DNA of 64,000 bases from Spirochaetia bacterium (GTDB taxonomy: Bacteria > Spirochaetota > Spirochaetia > SP-2023), in the NCBI GenBank assembly GCA_965225855.1, contig CBDDCK010000005.1, positions 1,888,001-1,952,000 on the forward strand, in the 5' to 3' direction. Below the pieces are notes generated by a model. The model did no database searches and had not been told where the DNA came from. It worked only from the letters and a program-made list of their open reading frames with translations. Numbering within the stretch: position 1 is the first letter of the stretch; each line of letters opens with the position of its first letter. Position numbers and translations under genes: made by a program. Shown one piece after another: positions 43,401 to 52,514 of this stretch.

Positions 43401-43877
43401 CTACCCGCAGGTTTTATGGCGGTGCTAGGTTTTATGGGACTAATTGGTGTTGTCGTCAATGATAGCGTAGTAATGGTGGAGTTTATCAATAATATTGTTC
43501 GCCGCTATCCGCGTACAAAATCTAAATTGCTGGAACCAATGGTTCTTAAAGGAGCTGGTCGGCGTTTGCGTGCGGTTGTTTTAACTACATTGACTACGGT
43601 TTTAGGTTTGTTTCCAACTATTTATGGTCTGGGTGGAGACCCTGGTTTTGTGAGGCCGGTCGTTTTGGTATTGGGTTATGGGCTTTTAGCTGCGACTCTA
43701 ATTACTCTGTTTTTTATCCCTGCTGTGTATATGATGCAGTTAGATTTAGCTTATTTGGCCGACAGATTGAGGAATAAATTGGTGTCTCTCTTCAAATCGA
43801 AAAAGAAAGCCGAAAATTTGTTATCTTATCCACAAGATATTGACAATTATGATCTGCCTCCCGACCCTTGGGTTTAG
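40494..43877 (+). CDS. RND efflux transporter permease (AcrB/AcrD/AcrF family)
   Basis: YPGASP..VE, GMLVDHGIVISE, GVVVNDSVVMV, RLRAVVLTTLTTVLGLFP. Confidence 0.92.
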   Translation: MSKTIHKQAEFHSKDGFIGYIITLFYNKRLLSTIITISIVMIGVLFARGIQREAMPNVQSNTFRVTISYPGASPIQVEQDAVIPVEDVIKEIADIKSYTSSSSQGYGTIYINMSEDASDPDAVGDEIYRKINLNSISGISSDIDSITVKRFGTSDQEIYGIVLFAEEGIDELLFQQTANSLAIQIENLPGVGEVRKDGYHEQQIEINVSPRLLARNHVDINSVVNAIKKRNVRSSAGILEDPDNYKAIVTISEYENLEELRNTVIRAGFDRNQILLRDVARVNKVFPEPTSYQRANAKPAIVLYINKTSASDIVKTTQTVKAFLEKNAENFLPQGITWFEFFDEGDEVNKVSRVLITNGVIGFLLILLVLFLFLDFTTAFWTACGLPITMILTLAYMGRTGLSINYLTLTAMITMIGMLVDHGIVISETIFARRAKGFSPLRACIEGLRSVFWPVLVTVSTTIMAFLPMLMVGGMMGKFTRFFPIMVTIMLSFSFFEACFLLVSHLLHAKSNDESPRRLRKEERNLVKGRLPQDTWFSPTIHVYQCMLRFVIRFRWLSLIFFASFLVGGVFYSLPAIKNFVLFDNADSPIIAINYFPHQDTTLEQGRDDSLELEQRIKDITPEGQIKGMTNKVYRDSRGTVKGQMYLRMVSKEDRVLDYATYGKLLSANLLPYGERSRKQLIEMAKKEEVQSNPYQLSNTELERIPVLFENVRLGWEGGGGPGGKAISFRIYGKNNEELRLAGEESVTLLENMAGTMNIESSYDTPTEQIRVSINYQQMARFGIQLSDVNQTLRTAFQGTTASQNRSGDKTSYIVRLEKSYRKSIRTILSLTVQASTGQFIPLSRFARLTTEFTTPSIQHFNGNRTITLTGDLDPNTEGITSLLISNQFKKQFAAIREKYPSVTLETSGGEAEQTNNFVGDIVPAFAVALLLISLILILLFDSFIQPMIVMGSIPFGLVGGLIALQLHGLPAGFMAVLGFMGLIGVVVNDSVVMVEFINNIVRRYPRTKSKLLEPMVLKGAGRRLRAVVLTTLTTVLGLFPTIYGLGGDPGFVRPVVLVLGYGLLAATLITLFFIPAVYMMQLDLAYLADRLRNKLVSLFKSKKKAENLLSYPQDIDNYDLPPDPWV

Positions 43878-44189
43878 ACTTTTGGGCTTAGTTTACAGTT
43901 TAGTTTGGCTTTGCTGCTGCATGCCTTTACTACTGTTGCATATTTGTTTGGCATCTGTACCATCAATTATTGTATCGCCTAGAAAATAAGCCTTGCCTTA
44001 GCCTTGTTTCTGGTTTTAATATTTGCAGCATTTGGGCTCATGCATGGCATTTATTTTGTCCTCTGTAAGCTAACGATGAGTTACTTTAGTAAATACTTCT
44101 AGGCGTTTCGTTTCTCTTTAGTTTTCTTGGGATAACTCTAATTTAGTCTGCTCACTTATATCGTCTCCATAGCAGATCAATAATGAAAA

Positions 44190-44975
44190 GCCACAATAGC
44201 CCCCACCCCCAAGCACCACCCCACCGTCCCCACCCAATAACTGCCCCAGCCCCAACCAACAATCCAAAGCAACAAACCGAAATAGCCATACAAACGCAAT
44301 TGGGCAATTGGTTTGCCGATGCCAATCTACAAGTCATCGCCTGTCTTGCTGCAATATAGCTTTCCGCCTTGGTATAAAGTATTGTTCCCACTTGGATCAA
44401 GGTCTTGTTCCACATTGGTGCAATATAACTTTCCAACTTGGTGCAATACATCTTTCCGCATTGGAGTAAGGTATTGATCGAAGGCGGAGAGATGTATCAT
44501 AGCAAGGCACTAAAAACCATAAAAATAAGCAGGCCATAGACTTGCTAAAACCCAACAACATCGTAGAAAGCCAAAACTGGGACGACCTCAAATAGGGGCA
44601 GTATGCCGATGCTTTGACCTTAGCCCACAGCGTCAATGCTGGCATTTTAGACGACTTGCACAATATCTGGCTATATATTGCGGGCCTATGACCCCAACTG
44701 GGATATATTGATACCACCCAATGGTTGGCATGGTTGGGTTGGCACGGTTGGCATGGTTGGCGTTGCGCCTGCTATCGCATACCCTCAAGCCTTTTGATTG
44801 GCATGGATTTTGAACCACCTTACAACACTAACACACAAAAAAAGTGCCCAAACATAAAAAAACTTACAAAAAGCTTGTATAGGCCTTGACGCAACACCCC
44901 CCCTAGCAAAATGGGGATTTACAGACTAGCCCGTATGGGTTGGTTAATCTTTATCCATTGTTGGAGGTATTGCTT
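44190..44975 (+). repeat. Conserved upstream cassette element, copy 2 (C-run cluster, 23-mer satellite, MuF relic 44511-44785, poly-C promoter 44886-44912)
   Basis: High identity to 59340-60159 and to the reverse complement of 16490-17200. Confidence 0.9.
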
Positions 44976-47444
44976 ATGTATAAGCTCAAACTACTTTTAT
45001 TGCCAGTAGCCTGGCTACTGGCCTTTATGGCCTTGGCCTGCGCCCCACCCGATGACGATGATCGATCTTCTGGGCCATCTTCTGGGCCGTCTATCAATAA
45101 TGCCATCTACGACTTTGCTACGGCTCTGTTAACCGTACAAGGTACTGACTTAAGTCCTACAGAAGCCCAAATCCAAACCATCGTAGTAGATGGCATAGCT
45201 TTAGATTCCTATACTGCAGATGACCCAGCCACTGGGCCAGATAGTAACGGTCTTGCAAAAGGTAAGTACCGTATTAAAAGCGATGGCACAGCGATTTGGC
45301 TTAGACTTACCGATCGACATAAAGCTGTTCTTGAGGCCAAGGTGGGTAGCAATGGTAGAAAAGATGGGTTGCTTAGCGTTGGCTCTGGTGCTTGGGCGGG
45401 TTTAAATACACCTAAAGACTTGGACGTTAGTAATATACCCGAAAATAAGCAGTCTAAAGTATCCGATGACAATCAGCCATCTAAGCAAGCTGAAGAAGAC
45501 GAACAAGACGAACAAGCTGAAGAAGAGTCGCCTAAGCAAACTGAAGTCGAACAAGCTGAAGAAGTCGAACAAGCTGAAGATAAGCAGTCGCATGAACTAC
45601 CCGAAGCTGCAATTACCCGTGCAACCTACCATGTTGGCACGGCGCTGTTAACCTTGCAAGGTACTCACTTAAGTGCTACAACTGCGACCCAAGCCCAAAT
45701 CCAAACCATTACGGTAGATGGCTTAGCCTTAAGTTCCTATACTGCAGATGGCACAGCCACTGGGCCAGATAGTCGTGGTCTTGCAAAAGGTAAATACCGC
45801 ATTGCAAACGCTGGCACAGCGCTTTGGCTTTACCTTACCGATCAACATAAAACTACTCTGAATGGCAAGACAGGTATGGATAGCAATGGTCTAAGAGAAG
45901 GGTTGCTTAGCGTTGGCACTGGTACTTGGGCGGGTTTAGATACAGCCAAAGACTTGGCCGTTAGTGGAAACCCCGAAGCTACAATTACCGGTGCAAGCTA
46001 CAATGTTGGCACGGCTCTGCTAACTGTACAAGGTACTCACTTAGGTAGTGCGACCCAAGCCCAAATCCAAACCATCACGGTAGATGGCTTAGCCTTAAGT
46101 TCCTATACTGCAGATGGCACAGCCACTGGGCCAGATAGTCGCAGTCTTGCAAAAGGTAAGTACCGCCTGCATAGCGCTGGCACAGCGCTTTGGCTGAAAC
46201 TTACCGATCGACATAAAACTACTCTGAATGGCAAGACAGGTATGGATAGCAATGGTCTAAAAGATGGGTTGCTTAGCGTTGGCACTGGTGCTTGGGCGGG
46301 TTTAAATACAGCCAAAGCCTTGGCCGTTAGTGGAAACCCTGCAATTACCAGTGCAAGCTACCATGTTGGCACGGCGCTGCTAACTGTACAAGGTACTCAC
46401 TTAGGTAGTGCGACCCAAGCCCAAATCCAAACTATCACGGTAGATGGCTTAGCCTTAAGTTCCTATACTGCAGATGGCACAGCTACTGGGCCAGATAGTC
46501 GTGGTCTTGCAAAAGGTAAGTACCGTATGAAAAGCGATGGCACAGCGCTTTGGCTTTACCTTACCGATACCGATAAAGATGCTCTGAATGGCAAAACAGG
46601 TATGGATAGCAATGGTCTAAAAGATGGGTTACTTAGCGTTGGCACTGGTGCTTGGGCGGGTTTAAATACAGCCAAAGACTTAACCGTTAGTGGAAACCCC
46701 GCACCCGCAATTACCAGTGCAACCTACAATGCTGCTACAGGTAAATTAGTGATTACAGGCACTAATTTACCAAAAGCAGTTACAGGCTGGGACTTCACCA
46801 AATTGAGGCTTGTCGCAGGTAATGGTCGTAATAGTCAACCATTATTATGGCACAGACCAACCGGTATAAACAGAGCCACAGGTTCTGCAGCAAGTGCAAC
46901 AAGCTTAACGATTACTTTAAAGGGTAGTGAACACAGTAAAGCCAATAGTATATTGGTTAAGAATGGTGAAAGTGATGATGCTGGTGCATACAACCTGGAA
47001 GCAGCAGCAGGATTTGCAGGTGGTAGCGCAGAAGACACAAGCAATAACCCGATTACTGTCAGTGGCTACAAAAGCTATCTCCACAGCTTAAACTACTTTG
47101 CTAATAATGGCAAGTTATTGATTCAGGGTAAAAATTTACCGACAACAATTGCAGACTGGGACTTTAGCAAATTGACGCTTGTATCCGGTGATGGTAGTAA
47201 GGAATACACATTACCCCAGCACGCAACCGCAGATGCAAATACAGCCACAGGTTCTGATGCAAATATAGGCGGCGTAATAATTACTTTAAGCGGTACTGTA
47301 AAAGCCAAAGCCGAGAAGATACTGGTTAAGAATGGTGAAAGTGATGATGCTGGTGCATACAACCTTAAAGCAGCAGCAGGATTTGTAATTGGTAGTCCAG
47401 AAGACCCAACCACTTCAATTAGAGTTTTTGGTGTTAGTGAGTAG
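44976..47444 (+). CDS. Modular surface lipoprotein, copy 2: A - acidic linker - A - A - A - B - B
   Basis: GGAGG RBS; MYKLKLLLLPVAWLLAFMALA-C; four type-A domains as in copy 1; two type-B domains (PAITSATYNAATGKLVITGTNL...WDF.KL...GAYNLEAAAGF). Confidence 0.85.
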   Translation: MYKLKLLLLPVAWLLAFMALACAPPDDDDRSSGPSSGPSINNAIYDFATALLTVQGTDLSPTEAQIQTIVVDGIALDSYTADDPATGPDSNGLAKGKYRIKSDGTAIWLRLTDRHKAVLEAKVGSNGRKDGLLSVGSGAWAGLNTPKDLDVSNIPENKQSKVSDDNQPSKQAEEDEQDEQAEEESPKQTEVEQAEEVEQAEDKQSHELPEAAITRATYHVGTALLTLQGTHLSATTATQAQIQTITVDGLALSSYTADGTATGPDSRGLAKGKYRIANAGTALWLYLTDQHKTTLNGKTGMDSNGLREGLLSVGTGTWAGLDTAKDLAVSGNPEATITGASYNVGTALLTVQGTHLGSATQAQIQTITVDGLALSSYTADGTATGPDSRSLAKGKYRLHSAGTALWLKLTDRHKTTLNGKTGMDSNGLKDGLLSVGTGAWAGLNTAKALAVSGNPAITSASYHVGTALLTVQGTHLGSATQAQIQTITVDGLALSSYTADGTATGPDSRGLAKGKYRMKSDGTALWLYLTDTDKDALNGKTGMDSNGLKDGLLSVGTGAWAGLNTAKDLTVSGNPAPAITSATYNAATGKLVITGTNLPKAVTGWDFTKLRLVAGNGRNSQPLLWHRPTGINRATGSAASATSLTITLKGSEHSKANSILVKNGESDDAGAYNLEAAAGFAGGSAEDTSNNPITVSGYKSYLHSLNYFANNGKLLIQGKNLPTTIADWDFSKLTLVSGDGSKEYTLPQHATADANTATGSDANIGGVIITLSGTVKAKAEKILVKNGESDDAGAYNLKAAAGFVIGSPEDPTTSIRVFGVSE

Positions 47445-47513
47445 GGTTTGGTTATTGCGGTAAGCAATGCTCTTGGTTGGCTTATTGTTCGCTCTTAGAG
47501 AATAGGCTTAGTC

Positions 47514-47558
47514 GGCAAGCAAGGTTTGGGCTTTAGACCAAGCTTTGCTTGCCTTTTT
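47514..47558 (+). terminator. Intrinsic terminator after lipoprotein 2
   Basis: GGCAAGCAAGGTTTGG-loop-CCAAGCTTTGCTTGCC-TTTTT. Confidence 0.75.
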
Positions 47559-47634
47559 GGTGGCACTATGGCTAGTATTCCACTAGCAAGCGGGTTGGTG
47601 GATTTTTGGGTTTGGTAAATATTAGCACTTATGG

Positions 47635-48645
47635 TTACTGAAATTTGCCAAACCATTGTGCATCTATAGGAAGTAATTTTTGTCCTATTAAAGACATGTC
47701 TCCTTCCATAGGGCCTAAAGCAATTACATTGAGTGCACCTGCTTTGGCTGCCATATAGGCTGCCTGTTCCAACGGTAGACCATCGGCTACTGCCCCGACA
47801 AAAGCCGCATCAAAGCTATCTCCAGCCCCTGTGGGGTCAAGCACTGGAAATCTTTCGCCAATTGGATACGGCGGTATATGCAAAGGTTCTTTTTCTCTGC
47901 TATAAATAGTAGAACCATAAGCACCTTTTTTTAGATGTATAATCCGCAACCTTGGGTAGTTTTCAAACAGTGCTTGCACAGCAGCTTCAATTTGCGTCAC
48001 CGCCCTGACTTCTGGTATAGGGTGATCTGCTGCCAAAAGCAATTCAATCTCACTAGGAAGTAGAATAGTACAGTGCTGCATTACTACCCCTGCCAATTCT
48101 TCAAAACTGCGCCCTTGGAGCAGTTCTGGCCTAAGATTGGGGTCAAAACTAATTGCACAAGGATTTTGCTCGGAGCAACCAAAATGCTGTACGGCTTGCT
48201 TGATTGCCGAGCACATAATATCACTAACCATTAGAGAACAACCCATGACGTGAAAGATATCTGGTTGTCGAAGCACTGCCCATTGGCCCGATCGCAATGG
48301 CAAATCATCTGCTGCCGTGCCGGCTATATGGTAAATAAACTCACGATTGCCATCTTCATCGTAAGCTACAAAAGCTACGGCACTGGGCTTAGTGCTTTGC
48401 CAAATTTGGCTGCAGTCCACTCCGTCTTGCTTTAGCCTCTGTAATATGTTCTGCCCAAACTTGTCAAAACTAACCCCAGCTATAATTAGGCTTTGGTGGC
48501 CTAGCCTAGCGGCCGTACTGATAAATATACCGGGTGCTCCGCTAGCAAATGGGCCGATAAACTCATTTTTTTGCCCCAAAGGCATACCAGCCTTAGGACG
48601 CATAATCTCGACTAAAAGCTCTCCCAATGTATAAATTACTGCCAT
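47635..48645 (-). CDS. PfkB-family sugar kinase
   Basis: GELLVEIMR, GPFASGAPGIF, SFDPNLRPEL, DPTGAGDSFDAAF, GPMEG. Confidence 0.92.
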   Translation of the reverse strand: MAVIYTLGELLVEIMRPKAGMPLGQKNEFIGPFASGAPGIFISTAARLGHQSLIIAGVSFDKFGQNILQRLKQDGVDCSQIWQSTKPSAVAFVAYDEDGNREFIYHIAGTAADDLPLRSGQWAVLRQPDIFHVMGCSLMVSDIMCSAIKQAVQHFGCSEQNPCAISFDPNLRPELLQGRSFEELAGVVMQHCTILLPSEIELLLAADHPIPEVRAVTQIEAAVQALFENYPRLRIIHLKKGAYGSTIYSREKEPLHIPPYPIGERFPVLDPTGAGDSFDAAFVGAVADGLPLEQAAYMAAKAGALNVIALGPMEGDMSLIGQKLLPIDAQWFGKFQ

Positions 48646-48672
48646 AAGACGTTCCTAATGATTTTCTATATT

Positions 48673-49638
48673 TTACGTTCGGCTCAATATTCCGATTTTA
48701 CGTTTGTTTTGTGCATCAATATACACCGCAATAATGATAATAACCCCCTTAACAATCAATTGGTAAAAGTAAGGTATCTTTAGCAAGTTCATACCATTAT
48801 TAATAATGCCAATGATAAAGGCTCCTATAAAAGTTCCAATAATTGAACCATAGCCCCCAGATAGGCTTGTACCACCCAATACAGCTGAGGCGATGGCATC
48901 TAGTTCAGAACCTTGGGCGACATTGGGCTGTGCAGAATAAAGACGAGAGGCCAATAGAATACCACTCAGGCTACACATCAAGCCAGAGATACCATAGACA
49001 ATTACCTCAACCCTGGGGATATGGATTCCGACATACCGTGCGGCCTCACGGTTGCCGCCAATAATCTTTGCTTGCCGGCCAAACTTGCTCTTTTCTAAAA
49101 TAATATGAGTAGCCACGAGCGATATTACAACAATATAAATGGAAACGGGCACCAAGAATATCCGATTATTGCCCAAAAATAGGGCAAGCTCATTTTCTAT
49201 AGATACGGGTTTGGAGTCGGTAATAGCATACGTTATACCTCGGAAAATCCCCATAGTAGCCAAAGAGACAATAAAAGCGGGTATCTTGAGCCTAGAAATC
49301 AACAGGCCATTCAGCAGCCCCATCAAAATACCACCGACAAAGGCAGCAGCAAGTGCTAATGTAAATTGATGAGTATAATGCAGCATAACGGCAAAAATAA
49401 TGCTGACAAACGCAATGATAGAACCGATAGATAAGTCAATACCAGCTATCATCAATACAAAGGTCATACCAAAGCCCGTCAAGGCGATAATCGCTGTCTG
49501 GTTTAGAATATTCAAAATATTATTCGGGGTAAAGAAGTACCTGCTCGCCAATGAAAAAGCTATGATTAGGAGTAGCAGAGATAAGAATATTCCCTGTAAT
49601 GAATGGCTTTTGTGAGCGAAAAAACGCATAGATTGCAT
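48673..49638 (-). CDS. Sugar ABC transporter permease (RbsC family)
   Basis: GIDLSIGS, IPAFIVSLA, IGGNREAARYVGI, ELDAIASAVLGGTSLSGG.G. Confidence 0.93.
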   Translation of the reverse strand: MQSMRFFAHKSHSLQGIFLSLLLLIIAFSLASRYFFTPNNILNILNQTAIIALTGFGMTFVLMIAGIDLSIGSIIAFVSIIFAVMLHYTHQFTLALAAAFVGGILMGLLNGLLISRLKIPAFIVSLATMGIFRGITYAITDSKPVSIENELALFLGNNRIFLVPVSIYIVVISLVATHIILEKSKFGRQAKIIGGNREAARYVGIHIPRVEVIVYGISGLMCSLSGILLASRLYSAQPNVAQGSELDAIASAVLGGTSLSGGYGSIIGTFIGAFIIGIINNGMNLLKIPYFYQLIVKGVIIIIAVYIDAQNKRKIGILSRT

Positions 49639-49644
49639 AGATTA

Positions 49645-51151
49645 TTATTTCCCCCAAAACAACTTTTGCATAATATCCTTTTCTTCAATCTGTGAAGCAT
49701 CTTCGTAGCAATGCATGATACGCCGATCTTTAATTAGCAGAATGCGATGGGATAACTGGAGAATTTCTGGTAACTCCGATGAAATTAAGAGCACGGCAAC
49801 ACCATTTTGTGCAAGCTCATAAATAATTTTATAAATTTCCCTCTTGGCATTGATGTCAATACCGCGAGTTGGTTCGTCCAGAATTACAATCTGCGGCGCA
49901 TTCGCAAACCATTTTGCCAACACAAGCTTCTGCTGGTTGCCTCCACTTATAATTGTTAGTAATTTGCTCTAAACTACTGATCTTAATGCGCAATTGTTGG
50001 ACCTTTTCTGTGTTCAAGCACCTCTCTGAAGCTTCTGAAATAAAACCTCCCATAAACCGCAGACCTCTGCAAATGATCTTGTCTAAAGCCGCCATCGAGA
50101 TATTGCTCTTGATACTGTGGCTAATCACCAAGCCTTCTTTTTGGCGATTCTCACTGACAAAGGCCATGTTGCGTTTCATCGCATCGGCTGGCTGGCGGAT
50201 TTGCACAGGTTGCCCATCTATCTCCAATTGCCCCTCTTGTGCTGGCAGCAAGCCAAAAATTCCTTTGGCGATCTCTGTACGGCCAGCCCCAATCAAACCA
50301 TATAGCCCTAAAACCTCCCCTTTATATAGGTCAAATGAAATATTCTTATAATATTGGCTAGAAATATTTCGGCAGGATAAAGCGATTTCCCTCTCCTTTG
50401 GGCTCTGCTTGGGAGGAAATATATCTTTGATAGTGCGGCCAATCATCATAGTTATTAGCTCTCCCTCCGAGCTATCTTCTGTGGATACCGTACCAACAAA
50501 ACAACCGTCTTTTAACACCGTAACTTCATCGCAAATTTGAAATATTTCCTCCATCTTATGGGAGATATAGATAAAAGTAGTTCCCTCTCTTTTTAAGTTC
50601 CTAATAATTTCAAACAGAATATTACTTTCCTTCTTATCTAAAGAGGAAGTCGGCTCATCAAAAATAACGATCTTCGGCTTGCGCCAAATAACTTTGATGA
50701 TTTCTATCATTTGTTTTTCGGCAAGTGAAAGATTGGCTACCAAAGCCCCCACATCTATTCCTATGCCTAAGCTTTGTAGGTAATCCCGAGATTCTCGCTC
50801 CATTCTCTTGTCATCAATCAACCGAAGCGAGCTTTTAAGCTCTTGCATAATGAATAGGTTTTGGGCGACACTGAGGTTGTTCAGTAGGCTCAACTCTTGA
50901 TATACGATAGAAATACCTAGTCTTTCGGCATCGCAAACTCTCTGAATATCTGCTAATTGTCCCCCGATATATATTGCCCCCGAATCCGCTTGTAAAGACC
51001 CAGAGATAATCTTCATCAATGTAGACTTGCCAGCACCATTCTCTCCTAAGAGCCCGTGTACTGTGCCCTTCTGGATACGAAAACTGACATCTTGTAATGC
51101 CTTTACACCGGGAAATTCTTTATTGAGCCGTTGAATTTCTATATAGGACAT
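49645..51151 (-). pseudogene. Sugar ABC ATP-binding protein (RbsA family), split by a +1 frameshift
   Basis: GENGAGKST N-terminal half. AAT-TATA-AGT-GGA-GGC-AAC-CAG-CAG has one extra base at 49948-49951 just before SGGNQQK; the LDEPTRGID half continues in another frame. Confidence 0.85.
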
Positions 51152-51239
51152 AATATGGCAAACCCAGCAGAATATTTGATCAATAATTATACATCACTTA
51201 TCCACAATAATCTATCGCATATAGCTCCAAGACAATCGA

Positions 51240-52235
51240 TTATCGCAATTGGATTCCAAAATCTTTCTCTTGTAAATTCAAAGGAATATCTCCTATTTGA
51301 TAAGCGTACAAGGTAGGTACAATTTTGCTCTCCTTGGGAATGCGGCCGCCATTTTTTAACTCGATAGCCAGCTCAATCGCTTGGCTGCCCATTTGCATAG
51401 GCTCTTGCTTGACTACCGCCATAAAGGCATTGTCTTGGTCGACAAAGCCAATCGCTTCAGCCAAACCGTCAAAGCCAATCACAACCATATCTCTTCCTTG
51501 TTCTCGCACCACATTGGTCGCGGCTATAGCCATATCATCACCAAAGCCAAAAATCCCAGCTAGGTCTTTATTGGCCGTAAACATATCTTCGGCTGTGGCC
51601 TTTGCAGCCTCTCTAGTTCTGGCGGGCAACTCCGATACAATCTGCAAATCGGGGTAATTCTTGGCTTGTTCCTTAAAGCCATCAATCCGGTCTCGCACCG
51701 ACTGTACCTCGGGATAGGTCATTAAGGCAACTTTGCCCCGGCCCTGTAAGTATTGGGCCATCGCCTCTGCGGCAATCTTGCCGCCGGTGTAATTATCGGT
51801 GGCAATATGGGCATCAACTTCTACCCCTTCCGCTTTTATATCTACCGTAATTACGGGAATAGACGCCGCCTTGGCCTTTAGCACTGCTCCCTTCACTCCC
51901 TTAGAATCTACAGGCGTTAAGATGATAATATCGACTTGTTGTGTGATAAAATCCTCTACATGTGATATTTGCTTGCTTAGGTCTTGATCGGCAATATTTA
52001 TAATCAAGTCGACTCCTTTCTCTTCCGCCTTCGCTTTCATAGAGCTCTGTATTGCTTGGTAAAATGGATGGGCCTCCGTGAGCAAAGAAGCCCCAATTTT
52101 TAGTTTTGCATCCTTTACAGCTCCCCTAGCCGATAAATTGAAGGGGCACATAATTAATGCTGCCATTATCGATAGTATTACCGCAATGAGAGCTTGATGC
52201 CCCCTCAGATATAAAAATAATTTGTGCTTATTCAT
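51240..52235 (-). CDS. Sugar ABC substrate-binding protein (RbsB family)
   Basis: IGASLLT..HPFY, EDFITQQVD, IPVITVDI, HIATDNY.GG, IGFDG; GGAGG RBS before MNKHKL. Confidence 0.92.
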   Translation of the reverse strand: MNKHKLFLYLRGHQALIAVILSIMAALIMCPFNLSARGAVKDAKLKIGASLLTEAHPFYQAIQSSMKAKAEEKGVDLIINIADQDLSKQISHVEDFITQQVDIIILTPVDSKGVKGAVLKAKAASIPVITVDIKAEGVEVDAHIATDNYTGGKIAAEAMAQYLQGRGKVALMTYPEVQSVRDRIDGFKEQAKNYPDLQIVSELPARTREAAKATAEDMFTANKDLAGIFGFGDDMAIAATNVVREQGRDMVVIGFDGLAEAIGFVDQDNAFMAVVKQEPMQMGSQAIELAIELKNGGRIPKESKIVPTLYAYQIGDIPLNLQEKDFGIQLR

Positions 52236-52514
52236 AAGCAACACCTCCATAAAATAGATAATAAAAGTTCACAAACCCATACAGTCTGTAGCATTACGCT
52301 CTACTATACGAGAGGAAGAAAAAGTGACAAGAGGCATACAATATTTTTTGCACTTTTTTTAGGGCAGTTGCTAGAGTTTTATAAAATAACTATTAACAAA
52401 CACACAAAAAGTAGAAATACAATAGTCTTGTCCGATTTATTGCAATCGAATGGTGAATTTATACAGATTTTGTCTAGTTTCTGCTTTGCTTAGGCTTGGC
52501 CAAAGTTGTTTGGG

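Noticed and set aside
44511..44785. Intact prophage or MuF polymorphic toxin locus
   Set aside because: Only a short deleted, stop-containing fragment; no terminase, capsid, toxin or immunity genes.
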